DNA from: a virus
Length of the DNA: 64,000 bases
Virus record (IMG/VR): IMGVR_UViG_3300033148_007251
Location: 11,280 to 75,279 of that record
Direction: 5' to 3' (one strand)
The translations under genes and the position numbers were made by a program. The notes beneath the pieces were generated by a model. That model ran no database searches, was not told the DNA's origin, and worked only from the letters and a program-made list of their open reading frames with translations. Below, in pieces: positions 26,991 to 38,050 of the stretch (positions within the stretch are counted from its first letter, which is position 1; the number at the start of each line of letters is the position of its first letter).

Positions 26991-28007
26991 ATGGCGACAA
27001 GTTCAAAAGCAAAAATTAGTATAGAAACCGGTCAGACATTAGCACCTTATGCCGTGATGACTGATGGTGGTGATCATCAGATTTATAATCTTGGTACTAT
27101 CTGGAGTGGAAAAACAGATTTTACTCCTTCTGTCCGTCCTAATGGCATGGTTTCTGGCAGAAATGTATTGTCCGTAAGTGCTGTTAATGATACGGTAACT
27201 GTAGCCGGATTTACTGCATATGCAAAGGGCATAGAGAAGACTGTGTCAGCAACAACCGATACGTTTACAAGAGGTACTGGCCCTGGGAAAGCCAAAATTA
27301 TTTCTGTGGTTATGGATTCTTCTGGATCAATCGCTGTAGTCCATGGAGAAGAAGGAGCGGACACTACTTTCAGCGAAGTAAGAGATGCTGCTGGCGGCCC
27401 TCCATATATTCCTGCCAATGACGTAGAATTAGGGCAGATACGAACCACGGGCTCTACTGCAGCTGTAATAACAGCAGCAGAGATATTTCAGGTGGTTGGT
27501 ACTCATACAGAGCGGTTTGATTATCCAACATGGGATGAATTTAATGTTGGCAAAGGCATGTTGGCAAGTATTTCTGCAGAATCTCAATCACATATAAAGT
27601 TCGCTTCTGTTCTTACTCCTATTCATACAGCAGCAGCATATAAGTTAACTTTTGTTGAGTACTATACACCTATTTTTTCTGAGCTTTCTAAAACAATGGA
27701 TTTTACGCCAGTAGAGAATTCTCCAAGTGTAACATCTACTCAGTATTATAACGGTACAATTGCAGCCGCATCCAGATCGCTTGGAACAGGTAGTTTTACG
27801 GCTTTGATGAGCGATAATATTTCTGATGCTCTACTTAATGAACAAGATGAAGTTATCACAGTTAAGTTCTGGGCTGATCGAAATAAGAATCCGTTTATCT
27901 TGACTCAAGGAGAAATAGGAATCACAAGAACTTTTCCGGTCGCTGCTCAAAATCAAGCTGCCGTAACGATAGCGGCTGAAAACGCAAGCGTATCATTTTT
28001 GAGTTAA
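26991..28007 (+). CDS. Major tail tube protein
   Basis: Synteny before the chaperones and TMP; composition. Confidence 0.7.
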   Translation: MATSSKAKISIETGQTLAPYAVMTDGGDHQIYNLGTIWSGKTDFTPSVRPNGMVSGRNVLSVSAVNDTVTVAGFTAYAKGIEKTVSATTDTFTRGTGPGKAKIISVVMDSSGSIAVVHGEEGADTTFSEVRDAAGGPPYIPANDVELGQIRTTGSTAAVITAAEIFQVVGTHTERFDYPTWDEFNVGKGMLASISAESQSHIKFASVLTPIHTAAAYKLTFVEYYTPIFSELSKTMDFTPVENSPSVTSTQYYNGTIAAASRSLGTGSFTALMSDNISDALLNEQDEVITVKFWADRNKNPFILTQGEIGITRTFPVAAQNQAAVTIAAENASVSFLS

Positions 28008-28041
28008 CCATTTAGTGTGATTAATAAAAAGGGGAAAACAA

Positions 28042-28476
28042 ATGGCATTTAATGAAGAGGCATTTAACAATGCTCATTTTGATGAAAGAACGGTAGAGGT
28101 TAAGGTTCCCGAACTGTCTAAATTTTACGATGAAGGAGACAAGTTGATTTGGATAGTTCGGGGACTAACAGGGCATGAATTAGCAAAGGTTAACGAAGCC
28201 GTCAGGCTGAACAAAGATATTGATTCCATTCTTAGTGGGATTACATCTGAGACGCAAAGCAAGAAGATAGACGCCGTAAAAGAAGCTTTGGGCATTACAG
28301 ATAGTTCTCCTGGAGATTTGGTTCGTAGAATAGCAGCGTTGCGTATGGCTTCTGTAAACCCTGTCTGTACCCAGGAAATGGTAGTGAAATTAGCTGATGC
28401 TTTTCCAACAACTTTTTATTTATTAACGAATAAAGTTTTTGGGTTGACGGGGGAGGGTAAACAAGTGGGGGAATAG
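28042..28476 (+). CDS. Tail assembly chaperone (G)
   Basis: Between tail tube and TMP; ends in slippery GGGGGAA-TAG. Confidence 0.8.
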   Translation: MAFNEEAFNNAHFDERTVEVKVPELSKFYDEGDKLIWIVRGLTGHELAKVNEAVRLNKDIDSILSGITSETQSKKIDAVKEALGITDSSPGDLVRRIAALRMASVNPVCTQEMVVKLADAFPTTFYLLTNKVFGLTGEGKQVGE

Positions 28477-28637
28477 ATAGCCTCTGGAGAAACGTAGAAA
28501 TTAGAAATATTCTTTCTCTTTGTTACGAGAAAAAGAAGTTTCTTTATGAGGCACGTCCTGATTTATTTCCGCAGGGGTTTGTAACGCAAGTTGAAATGGA
28601 ACTCTGGTCAAGATTTTATGAAGATTTAGGATCGTGA
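28467..28637 (+). CDS. Tail chaperone frameshift extension (GT) via -1 frameshift
   Basis: -1 frame open for 55 codons: GIDSLWRNVEIR...VEMELWSRFYEDLGS; no RBS-preceded start of its own. Confidence 0.8.
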   Translation, partial: GGIDSLWRNVEIRNILSLCYEKKKFLYEARPDLFPQGFVTQVEMELWSRFYEDLGS

Positions 28638-28784
28638 AAAAATAAGTTTAAAATTGATTACATACAGTTTAAGCTGTCCAGCTATACACTGGTATTGCTT
28701 TTTTATAAATCCTTAAGCAATCGCTATATGGTTTAGTGGAATTGTAAAAAATAGCGACTATTAAAGATATGGATAAGTAGAAAC

Positions 28785-31352
28785 ATGGCTGATATTAAAA
28801 AAACTATTGATATAATTTTTCGGGGCACTGACCAACTTAGTGGCACTATTGACGTTGTGTCTGGTCAAATATCTGATCTTGGCACAAAAATTGAAGGTAT
28901 AGCTACGCCATTATCTGAGGTTACCGACACCATTTTAAAAATTGATTTGGCTTTAACTGCTCTGGGGGGCGCAGGATTGGCATTTGCTTTTTCTGAATCA
29001 TCTAAGTTTGAAGATGCATCTATTGAACTACAGAAAGTTTTAGGGAATCAACCAGGTGCACTAAAAGTAGCAGAGGAGGCAGCGTTTGATTTATCTGCTC
29101 AATATGGAGAAAGCGGTTCCTCTATTTTATTATCAACGGCCGATTTCAAACAAGCTGGGTTTACCATACAAGATTCTCTTTTGTTAACCAAAGCAGCAAT
29201 GGATTTGTCCATCGCTGGGTCTCTAGATGGTGCCGAGGCGAGCAGCATATTGATTTCAATATTGAAAGGTTTTAAGACTCCGGCTTCTGAGGCTGCACGA
29301 TTAGTAGACATATTGAATGAAGTATCAAATAATTATGCAACCGATGTTAGAGAACTCGGTGTAGGCATGGCAGCGCTTTCGCCAATTGCTAAATTGATGG
29401 GGTTTTCATTTGAAGAAACGGCAGGAATATTAACCCCCGTTATTGAAGTTTTTCGTTCTGGAGATGAGGCATCAACTGCTTTGAAGATGGGTTTGTTGAA
29501 ATTAATTGATGATTCAAAACCTGTCGCTGATGCTCTTGCAGGTATTGGAGTGGCTCAAAGAGATGCTAACGGTGACCTTAGGTCTGGAAAAGACATATTG
29601 TTTGATGTCGCTAGGGCATTTGAAACAGCCGACGAGAACGACAAGTTATTTTTAGCCTCTCAGTTAGTAGGAATTAGACAAGCGGCAAAGATGGTAGAGG
29701 TATTTGATGGTTTGGCCAAATCAACCACAATTACCAACATTGCGATGGGAGCTGCAGGATCCGCAAGCGATGAGGTTGCAGTCAGACTTAAAAGTGGAAC
29801 GGTTGTCGTTGATAAATTTAAACAAGGCTTTTCTAATCTTGCAGTTGTTGTTGGTGATCAGTTTGGAGAAACGGCAAAAACGTCTATTGACGGGGCAACT
29901 GATGTAGAAAACGCTTTGCGGCAGATAGTTGGAGATGGAACTTTTGCTCCTATTTTTGCTGCTTTAAATGAGTTTGCTGAAGACATTGGCAAATATTTGT
30001 CCGGGATTGCATTGGCTATGCCAGAAGCCTTTGAGAAGATTGATTGGAGCGGGCTCTTAGACGGTATTTCCGATTTAACTGGCGGCCTAAGTGATTTATT
30101 TGAAGATATTGATTTAACAAATCCAGAAGACTTGGCTGAAGTTATCCAGTTTATTGTTGATTCTTTAGAATCTTTAGTTCGGGTTACCAAAGGAATGGTG
30201 GATGTTTTTAAGCCGTTAATTATAGACATTATTGAATCTGCAAAAGGGTTCAATGCTATGAATGACGAGACAAAAGAAACTTCCGGAAATATATTAGGAA
30301 TCGCGAAAGCGATTACTGGACTTGGCGTGGCGATGTCTATTGCGTTGGTTACGCTTGGTCAGAATGCAGATACTATTAAAACCGTTTTTAGCGTTGTAAT
30401 AAACTCTGTAAAATTTATGTGGGATTCGACAGTTCTTACAGTTGAAGGTATTTTGTTATTTACCGCTGAGGCCGTTCAGGATTTACTAAAGGTTTTGAGG
30501 GGTGTTTCATTTGGCGATCTTGCAAAGGCTTTAGACGAAGCTTCTTCAGAGGTGCAAATATTTCAGGATAGCCTTAAAGAAGACATCGGTAAGCGGGCGC
30601 AATCAAATTTAGATATATTGGCAGGAGCATTTGGGGAAACCACAAAAGCTATAAAAGAAACATCCAAGGCAATTGAAGAAATTCCGGATGAAGTTGATTC
30701 TGAAATTGTCATAGCTGCAAATTTGGCAGAATTGGAGGCTGAGCTTGACAAGGCAGGAGTCTTGATTAGAGAACAGGACTCAACAGTTGTAATTGATGCG
30801 GATACAACTCAGGCAACGGAAAGTATAGCCGTGGTCGCAGAAGAGATTCCCAACGTACTACTTGAGGTCAAACTTCAAGGTGATATAGATAAGGAAATAG
30901 AAAGGATAAAGGCTACTGCTGATTTGGCCCAAACTTCTGTTGAGTGGACTGCAAAATTGAATATCGCAGAAGCGAAAAGCAATGCTAAAGTTCTTGAGTC
31001 AATATTTGATGCGATGTCGAATACTATCACCAGTACAGGTAATGTCTTAGCTGGCCTTTTCGAGTTATTGACAGGTGATAATCTTGCAACTTTGACAAAA
31101 TGGAATATAGAAGACCAAATTAAAAAAGAAAGTAAAATGCGTGAAGAAGCACATAAAGAAATAATGAAGCTCAATGAAGCTCAGAGAGAGTATATGGATG
31201 CAAAGACGGCAGCTCTCGAATCAGGAGAAGGCCTCATTACGATTACAGCGGATGGTCTTGAACCCGAAATAGAAGCCTTCATGTGGAAGATACTTGAAAA
31301 AATACAGATTAGAGCAACAGCAGATCAAGCGGAATTTTTATTAGGTATGTAG
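28785..31352 (+). CDS. Tail tape measure protein (TP901 family)
   Basis: Ala/Gly-rich helical protein with LVDILNEVSNNYATDVRELG-type core. Confidence 0.92.
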   Translation: MADIKKTIDIIFRGTDQLSGTIDVVSGQISDLGTKIEGIATPLSEVTDTILKIDLALTALGGAGLAFAFSESSKFEDASIELQKVLGNQPGALKVAEEAAFDLSAQYGESGSSILLSTADFKQAGFTIQDSLLLTKAAMDLSIAGSLDGAEASSILISILKGFKTPASEAARLVDILNEVSNNYATDVRELGVGMAALSPIAKLMGFSFEETAGILTPVIEVFRSGDEASTALKMGLLKLIDDSKPVADALAGIGVAQRDANGDLRSGKDILFDVARAFETADENDKLFLASQLVGIRQAAKMVEVFDGLAKSTTITNIAMGAAGSASDEVAVRLKSGTVVVDKFKQGFSNLAVVVGDQFGETAKTSIDGATDVENALRQIVGDGTFAPIFAALNEFAEDIGKYLSGIALAMPEAFEKIDWSGLLDGISDLTGGLSDLFEDIDLTNPEDLAEVIQFIVDSLESLVRVTKGMVDVFKPLIIDIIESAKGFNAMNDETKETSGNILGIAKAITGLGVAMSIALVTLGQNADTIKTVFSVVINSVKFMWDSTVLTVEGILLFTAEAVQDLLKVLRGVSFGDLAKALDEASSEVQIFQDSLKEDIGKRAQSNLDILAGAFGETTKAIKETSKAIEEIPDEVDSEIVIAANLAELEAELDKAGVLIREQDSTVVIDADTTQATESIAVVAEEIPNVLLEVKLQGDIDKEIERIKATADLAQTSVEWTAKLNIAEAKSNAKVLESIFDAMSNTITSTGNVLAGLFELLTGDNLATLTKWNIEDQIKKESKMREEAHKEIMKLNEAQREYMDAKTAALESGEGLITITADGLEPEIEAFMWKILEKIQIRATADQAEFLLGM

Positions 31353-31433
31353 CATCTTAAAGTTTAATTTTAACGTAAATAATAACTTGACTTTTGTAAA
31401 TTAAGTATTATCTTATGAAAAGGAAATACGGAT

Positions 31434-31781
31434 ATGGTATCCATAACAACTTCTACTCCTGTTACTAACGGCAAATTGTTGATTCGAAAGTATAGATTGG
31501 GTTCGCAGATAAAAAATGGGACTGCCAGGATTAGCAAAGTTAAGACTCTTGATGGCGGAGTATCGGTGAATCACAATGGTTTTGCTGATGGAGACAGAAG
31601 TATAGATGTCAATGCCACATTAAGTGAATCTGATGCTGATATTTTGTGGGATATATTTACGGGTGAAACCTTTGTGACTGTTGCAATAGAAGATGGAGTT
31701 TATAATGCTGTGATAAAAACAGTTAATATAAAAGACAAAGTTAAAATAATCATAGAATTTGAGTCAAAGCTTAGTTGTTAG
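31434..31781 (+). CDS. Distal tail (Dit-like) protein
   Basis: Immediately after TMP; KTLDGG motif. Confidence 0.55.
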   Translation: MVSITTSTPVTNGKLLIRKYRLGSQIKNGTARISKVKTLDGGVSVNHNGFADGDRSIDVNATLSESDADILWDIFTGETFVTVAIEDGVYNAVIKTVNIKDKVKIIIEFESKLSC

Positions 31782-31793
31782 GAGGAACAAAAA

Positions 31794-32630
31794 ATGGCCG
31801 TAACGTTAACATTATCCAATCATTACAAATACCAACTGATGAAAAAGAAAATTGATCTGTCGGCAGATACCTTGATAATGATTTTGATGAACAATACATA
31901 TGCTTTTGATAAGGACACTGATGCTACTCTCGCTAATATTGCAGCAGATCAATTGGCTACTGATCATGGATATACCCAAAATGCAAAAGAGTTGGCGAAT
32001 AAAGTATTAGCTGAAGATGATGCGAACGACAAAGGGAAAATGACCTGTGACGACGTATCGTGGACAGCTTCAGGAGGAAGCATAGGGGCAACTGGGGCAG
32101 CAGTTTTATTGGATTTTTCAGCGCTCGATGATACTGAGTTTTTTACAACTCAAAAAGATCAGGATTTTGTTGGAGGGTCTACGCATTGGGCGAACGGTGA
32201 CCTTGGAACGACTTTTGACGATACCGACAATTTAAGTCTTGTGTCATCCAGTACTGGTCAATATTGTAAAATCACCTTTACCGATATCGGCACAGCGCTT
32301 GTTGCAGGCGGAAGATATAGGTTACAATATGATTATTCTGAATCGCTTGCCGGCTATGAGTTTAAGATCAACGGTGTGAGTCTTCAGGTGCTCGGTGATG
32401 CAGTGGCTGGAACATCACAGACAATAGATTTTGTGGCTGATGAATCGTTTACTGGTGCACATGAACTGAGAATTTATTCGAAAACAAACGCAGCCGCAGC
32501 CGGTGATTTTGATAATTTTTCACTTAAAGAAATCGCCACGGTTATTGGTTGTATTGATTACGGTGGTGATTATACAATTACAGATGGATTAAGCTTTGCA
32601 ATTAAAGATATCCAAATAGATACCGTGTAG
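31794..32630 (+). CDS. Tail tip/fibre structural protein with an inserted CBM-like domain
   Basis: IDLSADTL...GYT...DVSWTASGGSI core interrupted by ~150 aa (LVAGGRYRL...GDFDNFSLKE). Confidence 0.6.
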   Translation: MAVTLTLSNHYKYQLMKKKIDLSADTLIMILMNNTYAFDKDTDATLANIAADQLATDHGYTQNAKELANKVLAEDDANDKGKMTCDDVSWTASGGSIGATGAAVLLDFSALDDTEFFTTQKDQDFVGGSTHWANGDLGTTFDDTDNLSLVSSSTGQYCKITFTDIGTALVAGGRYRLQYDYSESLAGYEFKINGVSLQVLGDAVAGTSQTIDFVADESFTGAHELRIYSKTNAAAAGDFDNFSLKEIATVIGCIDYGGDYTITDGLSFAIKDIQIDTV

Positions 32631-32640
32631 GAGAATTGAT

Positions 32641-34560
32641 ATGGGATGGCTTTCGGATTGGCAGAATAGAAGAAAAATTACCATTAGCAATATTAATGTT
32701 GATGCTGTTTTGTCTGATTTCCCTATCCTTGTAAAAATTTCAGCAAGTTCAGGTACTGGCAGCACGGATATCACAGATATTTTTACTGAATTGGCTGGAG
32801 ATGCCAATCGGAAGAAAATAGCCGTTACAGTTTCTGATGGGACTACTCAGTGTTATGTTGAGATTGAGAGATGGGATCATACAAATTCAGCAGCATGGTT
32901 ATGGGTGAAAGTCCCATCTGTAGCTTCTGGTTCTGCAACCGATTTGTATATTTATTACGATTCGGCTCAAGCTGATAATACAACTTATATTGGAGATACA
33001 GGAGACACCCCAGCTCAATCTGTTTGGGACAGTAATTTCCAACTTGTTGCGCACATGGCTCAAGATCCAAATGGAGACATTGCTGATGCAATAAAAGATT
33101 CTACTGTTAATGCCAATCATGGAACTCCTGGCGGTTCTATGACGTCCGCTGATCTGGTTGACGGTAAGGTTGGAAAAGCAATAGATTTTGATGGTAATGA
33201 TTTTCTTACCGTTACAGCGGATGCAAGTTTAAAGTTTGGTACCGGCGATTTTACTATAGAAAGTCTGTTTAAAACAACCTCTGCCGATGCAATAGCTATG
33301 TTGAGCTATGGGGATAGAGCGAACAATCCTGGATGGACATCTTATGTCGGCGCAGATGGGCACGCAAAATTTATTATAGATGATGCTACAAACCAAGTAG
33401 TTATTGAAGATGCTGCAAACCATGCAGATGGTTCTCTTCATTATTACTCTGCTGTCTTAGATAGGAATGGTAATTGTGTAATTAATATTGATAATGCTCC
33501 TGTCGCATCTGAAGATATTTCTGGGGTTAATTTAACATTAGATACTACAGATCATGATGAAATTAATATAGCACGGGCATGGTATGGAACCAGCTATACG
33601 GTATATTATACTGGCTTAATAGATGAAGTCCGTATTTCCGATACAGCCCGTTCAGTTGCTTGGGTAAAGGCAACTTATTACAGCAATTGGGATGGTCTGG
33701 TTTTATATAGTAGTCAGGAGGCTTTGGCAGAGATATTTTTTCCAAGCCCTATGGCTGTCACTGCATCTATACAATCGAATATACAAGTTGAATTGTCATC
33801 GAACTTATTGACGGTTACAACGTCGATGCCGGTAATCGATATATATTACGGAGGTCTTGTTAATTGTCCTTCTTCTTTAGGCGCAGCAAGTTCTTTACAA
33901 GCGGATATCGAATTACTTATTCCTTCTGTTCGATTTACATCTGTAGGGACATTACAATCACAATCTGAGCTCCAAATATTTACAGGAGATGTTTTAGCCG
34001 CTACAGGTTCAATATTGGCAACAGTAGAAGAACCTTTTTCTGTGGCTATTCTTCCACGTATTTATACATTTACATTAACCGGTGCGGCTGATGGTATCGC
34101 AGATATAGTGATACCAATAAGTTCATTCCAAAGTAGAATTAAAAGTGGAACCCCTACATATTTAAGCGTGGTTATTCCTGGAACCGATTATTCTTCCGAG
34201 ATAAATTTGAGGCTTAACGGAAAGCTTGTTATTCGTATGGGGTATTTAAGTAACGACGAATTTATTTTATCGGAAATTATAGCGTCTGTTGATTTTGAAA
34301 GCATTATAATCAACGAAGGGGGCGTAAACAAATCTATTACGCTCGACGGTCATAAAACAGAAACATGGATACCAAAAGAAGTTGATTTGGTTGGTGCGAG
34401 TTATATGAATTTAGATAACGGAGAATTGAGATATCGCTGTACTCCAAACATATATGTGCGTCCAGGTGATACAGTAAGCATAAACGGGGACTCATTTATT
34501 GTTGAAAATATTACTTATTCTGTCTCTGCTGAATTAGAGACTTTTGAGGTGTCTGAATAA
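32641..34560 (+). CDS. Tail protein with DUF2341 and LamG/concanavalin domains
   Basis: W..RRKITI, DFPILV, EIERWD, WVKVP, LYIYY; GLIDEVRISDTARS. Confidence 0.8.
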   Translation: MGWLSDWQNRRKITISNINVDAVLSDFPILVKISASSGTGSTDITDIFTELAGDANRKKIAVTVSDGTTQCYVEIERWDHTNSAAWLWVKVPSVASGSATDLYIYYDSAQADNTTYIGDTGDTPAQSVWDSNFQLVAHMAQDPNGDIADAIKDSTVNANHGTPGGSMTSADLVDGKVGKAIDFDGNDFLTVTADASLKFGTGDFTIESLFKTTSADAIAMLSYGDRANNPGWTSYVGADGHAKFIIDDATNQVVIEDAANHADGSLHYYSAVLDRNGNCVINIDNAPVASEDISGVNLTLDTTDHDEINIARAWYGTSYTVYYTGLIDEVRISDTARSVAWVKATYYSNWDGLVLYSSQEALAEIFFPSPMAVTASIQSNIQVELSSNLLTVTTSMPVIDIYYGGLVNCPSSLGAASSLQADIELLIPSVRFTSVGTLQSQSELQIFTGDVLAATGSILATVEEPFSVAILPRIYTFTLTGAADGIADIVIPISSFQSRIKSGTPTYLSVVIPGTDYSSEINLRLNGKLVIRMGYLSNDEFILSEIIASVDFESIIINEGGVNKSITLDGHKTETWIPKEVDLVGASYMNLDNGELRYRCTPNIYVRPGDTVSINGDSFIVENITYSVSAELETFEVSE

Positions 34561-36215
34561 TGGGAAAAGGCGTCATAAAATCAGGCGGTGAAAACGGTTT
34601 GTATAATGTCAAATTGACCTTCAATAGAGATAGGGTAAATAACCTTATCTCTATTATGGATACGCAGATAACAGCACTCAACGCAGAGATAGATATGATG
34701 GAGGCAGGAGATGCCAAAGAGTTAAAAAAACTTCAGCGTAATTCATATCAAAAGAAAAAAGAATATCTGCAAAACAATATGCCGGAAGATCCAACTGTTT
34801 CTGCATGGTGTGCAGACTTTACGGAAGATATGAGTGGGACAGTTGGAACGGTTGAAATACCTGGGGAGAGGGGTGTATTGCAAATACAGCCAGGATATGA
34901 AAGTAATGCTGCCTACAATACAACGAGAGACGGGCAGTTACAACTACCTGTTGCGGGAACTCCAGAAAGCGTATTTTACAATCTTGCGATGTTACCTGGC
35001 TGGCAAAAATGGATGCCTACGTATAGATATGGAATAATTTCAAACATTGATACGGATAATGATACTTGTAACGTAACGCTTGATAAAGTAGAAAGTAGTC
35101 AACAAAATTTAGATATCAATCAAATTAATAAATTAACAGGCGTTGCGATTGAATATATGTCTTGTAATGCAGTTGCTTTTGAAGATGGTGATTCGGTTTT
35201 AGTTGAGTTTGCAAGCCAGGACTGGGCTGGAGCAAAGGTTGTAGGGTTTAAAGACAACCCTGTAGCTTGCGAATATGAGTTTTATATCAGGCCTACATTC
35301 AATGGATATTCACCAACCTATGGTGGAGAAGGTATTAGATTAGAAAACGATGAATATGACGAAAGAGCAAGCACAACGGTTACAGGTGATTTTGCCGGTC
35401 TTTGCGGCCCATTCACGCAAGATGTTGACACCGGAGACGAAGATATTTTTCTTAATACATCTGTGGCTGCAGGTGTAAATCCTAACTATGCCGGAGTTAA
35501 TAATATATTTGCTCATTTTGTTGAGGTCGAGGAAGGGGAAGCGGCTTTTCATTATGGGTATACTTTTAGTGCTTTAAATTGGTTTGATGCGGGCAAGAAG
35601 GAGTTCAAAATCGGCGACGGTATCGGGGCTTCTATTTTGCATGTTAATCGAGTAAGTTGGTTGAGATATAGAAACGTTTTGAAGGGTTGTGCGAAAACAA
35701 TTGAAACTATTAACGATGTAAAATATAGCGTGTATACCGTAGATTTTACAGGCTTATATTTTCCAGCATTAACATACACACTTAAAAAATATCTATCAAC
35801 TTGGCCGTGTAGTGGTTGCGGAGCTCAAGACACATCTCAAGAAGCTCCAATTCGCTATGGTTTAACAGTTGAAAATATCGATGCAGATCAGGTGAATAAT
35901 TCCGGTATTTGTATCGGATATGAAACGGAATGCGCATATGAAGAGGGTGAATGTAAAGCTTGGTTAGCGAGAGCGATAACAAGCCACACTCCTGAATTTG
36001 TAATGACCAAAGATCAAATATGTGTGTTGTCGGATGAGTATGGTTGTAATACTTCTTACGCTTCGATTACCATAGACACAAATCTTTATATTCATGAACA
36101 ACAGATTATCCATCCATATGGCAGTGGAATAATATGTGAGGTGTTAACCACAGACTGTTCTGATGACGAGGAATATAAATATGAAATAACATTAGCTCCA
36201 GAAAATAAATTCTAA
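34560..36215 (+). CDS. Tail tip/central spike, candidate receptor-binding protein
   Basis: Position; OB-like FEDGDSVLVEF..VVGF segment followed by a Cys-rich acidic C-terminus. Confidence 0.55.
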   Translation: MGKGVIKSGGENGLYNVKLTFNRDRVNNLISIMDTQITALNAEIDMMEAGDAKELKKLQRNSYQKKKEYLQNNMPEDPTVSAWCADFTEDMSGTVGTVEIPGERGVLQIQPGYESNAAYNTTRDGQLQLPVAGTPESVFYNLAMLPGWQKWMPTYRYGIISNIDTDNDTCNVTLDKVESSQQNLDINQINKLTGVAIEYMSCNAVAFEDGDSVLVEFASQDWAGAKVVGFKDNPVACEYEFYIRPTFNGYSPTYGGEGIRLENDEYDERASTTVTGDFAGLCGPFTQDVDTGDEDIFLNTSVAAGVNPNYAGVNNIFAHFVEVEEGEAAFHYGYTFSALNWFDAGKKEFKIGDGIGASILHVNRVSWLRYRNVLKGCAKTIETINDVKYSVYTVDFTGLYFPALTYTLKKYLSTWPCSGCGAQDTSQEAPIRYGLTVENIDADQVNNSGICIGYETECAYEEGECKAWLARAITSHTPEFVMTKDQICVLSDEYGCNTSYASITIDTNLYIHEQQIIHPYGSGIICEVLTTDCSDDEEYKYEITLAPENKF

Positions 36216-36395
36216 ATAAGGAGAAAGAGCTATGATGCTTAAAGAAACAAAAGAAAAGATTGAAGATACACTTGAAATGAAAGACATCAACATATTTTTG
36301 AAAGTTTTAGATATGTGTTCAAAAGAAAAAATAGGTATTCCTGATTTGAGGGCATATGTCCAAGATAACAAGAAAAGACGGAAGGAGAAATAATT

Positions 36396-36713
36396 ATGGC
36401 ATTTTTAGAAAGAACAGGAAGATTTCTTGGCTTCACCAACTTTGTAACTGTTGCGACTGGCGAAACCAACATATTGGCAATTCCGCCTTTGGATGCTGGT
36501 CATCAAATATCTGTAACGGCTATTCCTGGTGCTAATACAGCTAAGGTTGAGCATACAACTTCACCTGATGCCGATGTTGCTGCCTCGGCAGTTTGGCAAG
36601 ACTGGCCTTCTGGTTCGGTGACGATTACTACAAGTGATATAGTTGAAGGCCCTATAACTGGATTAAGGTTCTCTGCTACGGGCGGACAATGCAAATTCGA
36701 AGTTGTGATATAA
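36396..36713 (+). CDS. Small structural beta-sandwich protein
   Basis: GGAG RBS; VWQDWP..GPITGLRF. Confidence 0.55.
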   Translation: MAFLERTGRFLGFTNFVTVATGETNILAIPPLDAGHQISVTAIPGANTAKVEHTTSPDADVAASAVWQDWPSGSVTITTSDIVEGPITGLRFSATGGQCKFEVVI

Positions 36714-36724
36714 GGAGATGAACT

Positions 36725-38050
36725 ATGGCTTCAGGAATATGGAAAAACAGCAAGATCCCATACGTGTTAAAAGCAGTTGCGCCTACCACTTCGGATATCA
36801 GTTATTCTGTGCCGACAATGTGGGTCAATACAGCAACAAATAGAATTTACTTTCTCGTTGATATTACCGCCGGTTCTGCGACTTGGTATGAATCTGCAAC
36901 CTCAGCTTTACCAATGGCAACATCGACCGATCCTGCTGGAGATGCCGCTGTGTCAACTGCTATTGTTAATGCTTATAGCGGCGTTATTATCACTCTTACG
37001 GGCGCAGGCAATGCCCAAACGATTCAAGCTCCAACCGATACTACGGCAGGCAAACCTTTCACGGTTGTCACGAATGACAGTAACGGAGCATACACGATAG
37101 AAGTAAATGGAATAACAATGTCTGCAGGAGAAGCTCAAAGATTTCTTTGGGATGGCTCTGCATGGATAATGGTATCTGCAGTTGATGCTGATGATATTGC
37201 TTTTACTCCCGCCGGTGATATAGTTGCAACAAATGTTCAGGATGCGATTGAAGAGCTTGATGATGAAAAGATGAAGCGCATCACCTCTGTTGATAATGAG
37301 ATTGCCAGATTTGATTCCACTGGTGGAGACGTACAAGGGTATACCTCCAATCCTCCTACAGTTTCTGATGATGGTGAAGTTCTTATTCCTGGAAGCATGG
37401 GTGTCGGTACAGATTCCCCGGACACAATACTTACTTTGAAGAATGATAACTGGGTTTCTGGTAAAAACTTTGCTGGTACTGATTCAGTTAATCTACTCAA
37501 AGTAAATGTTGATGATGAAATAGATGTCGGTGGTACGCTAAACCTGGGTACAATTGAGGGCCCCGAAGATGGTGGAGCCATCACGCTTTATGATATGTCG
37601 GTGTCAGCAACGCCTACTTCTGGCGATGAAATGTCATTTACTCATAAGATTGACGGTGATAGTATACTTACAGTAGGAGCATTTGCTGATTCTGCAGGCG
37701 GAGTAGGCGGCCATTTTGTACAGAATCACGGTGCACACTTTGATAAGAAAACCAATGCAGGTGCAGCTGATTATAATCCTTCGGCCTTAACCAGTGACTA
37801 TATAATTACAGTAGATACAACTGCAGCGGCCAGAGCAGTAATAATTTCAACTGAAGATAGAGATACGGGAAGTGCAGATAAAGTTAGAACATTCATAATT
37901 CAAGATATAGCGGGGAACGCTGGAGCAAATAATATCACAATATCATTAGAGACAAGTGGTAATATTAGCGGGGCAGCAACAGCAGTTATAAATGCAAATT
38001 ACAATTCCGTTACTCTTATAGTAGATGGAACAAACGGTGCGGTGATTTAA
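36725..38050 (+). CDS. Tail fibre-like protein
   Basis: Thr/Ala/Gly-rich, ATNVQDAIEEL, MGVGTDSP fibre motifs. Confidence 0.65.
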   Translation: MASGIWKNSKIPYVLKAVAPTTSDISYSVPTMWVNTATNRIYFLVDITAGSATWYESATSALPMATSTDPAGDAAVSTAIVNAYSGVIITLTGAGNAQTIQAPTDTTAGKPFTVVTNDSNGAYTIEVNGITMSAGEAQRFLWDGSAWIMVSAVDADDIAFTPAGDIVATNVQDAIEELDDEKMKRITSVDNEIARFDSTGGDVQGYTSNPPTVSDDGEVLIPGSMGVGTDSPDTILTLKNDNWVSGKNFAGTDSVNLLKVNVDDEIDVGGTLNLGTIEGPEDGGAITLYDMSVSATPTSGDEMSFTHKIDGDSILTVGAFADSAGGVGGHFVQNHGAHFDKKTNAGAADYNPSALTSDYIITVDTTAAARAVIISTEDRDTGSADKVRTFIIQDIAGNAGANNITISLETSGNISGAATAVINANYNSVTLIVDGTNGAVI

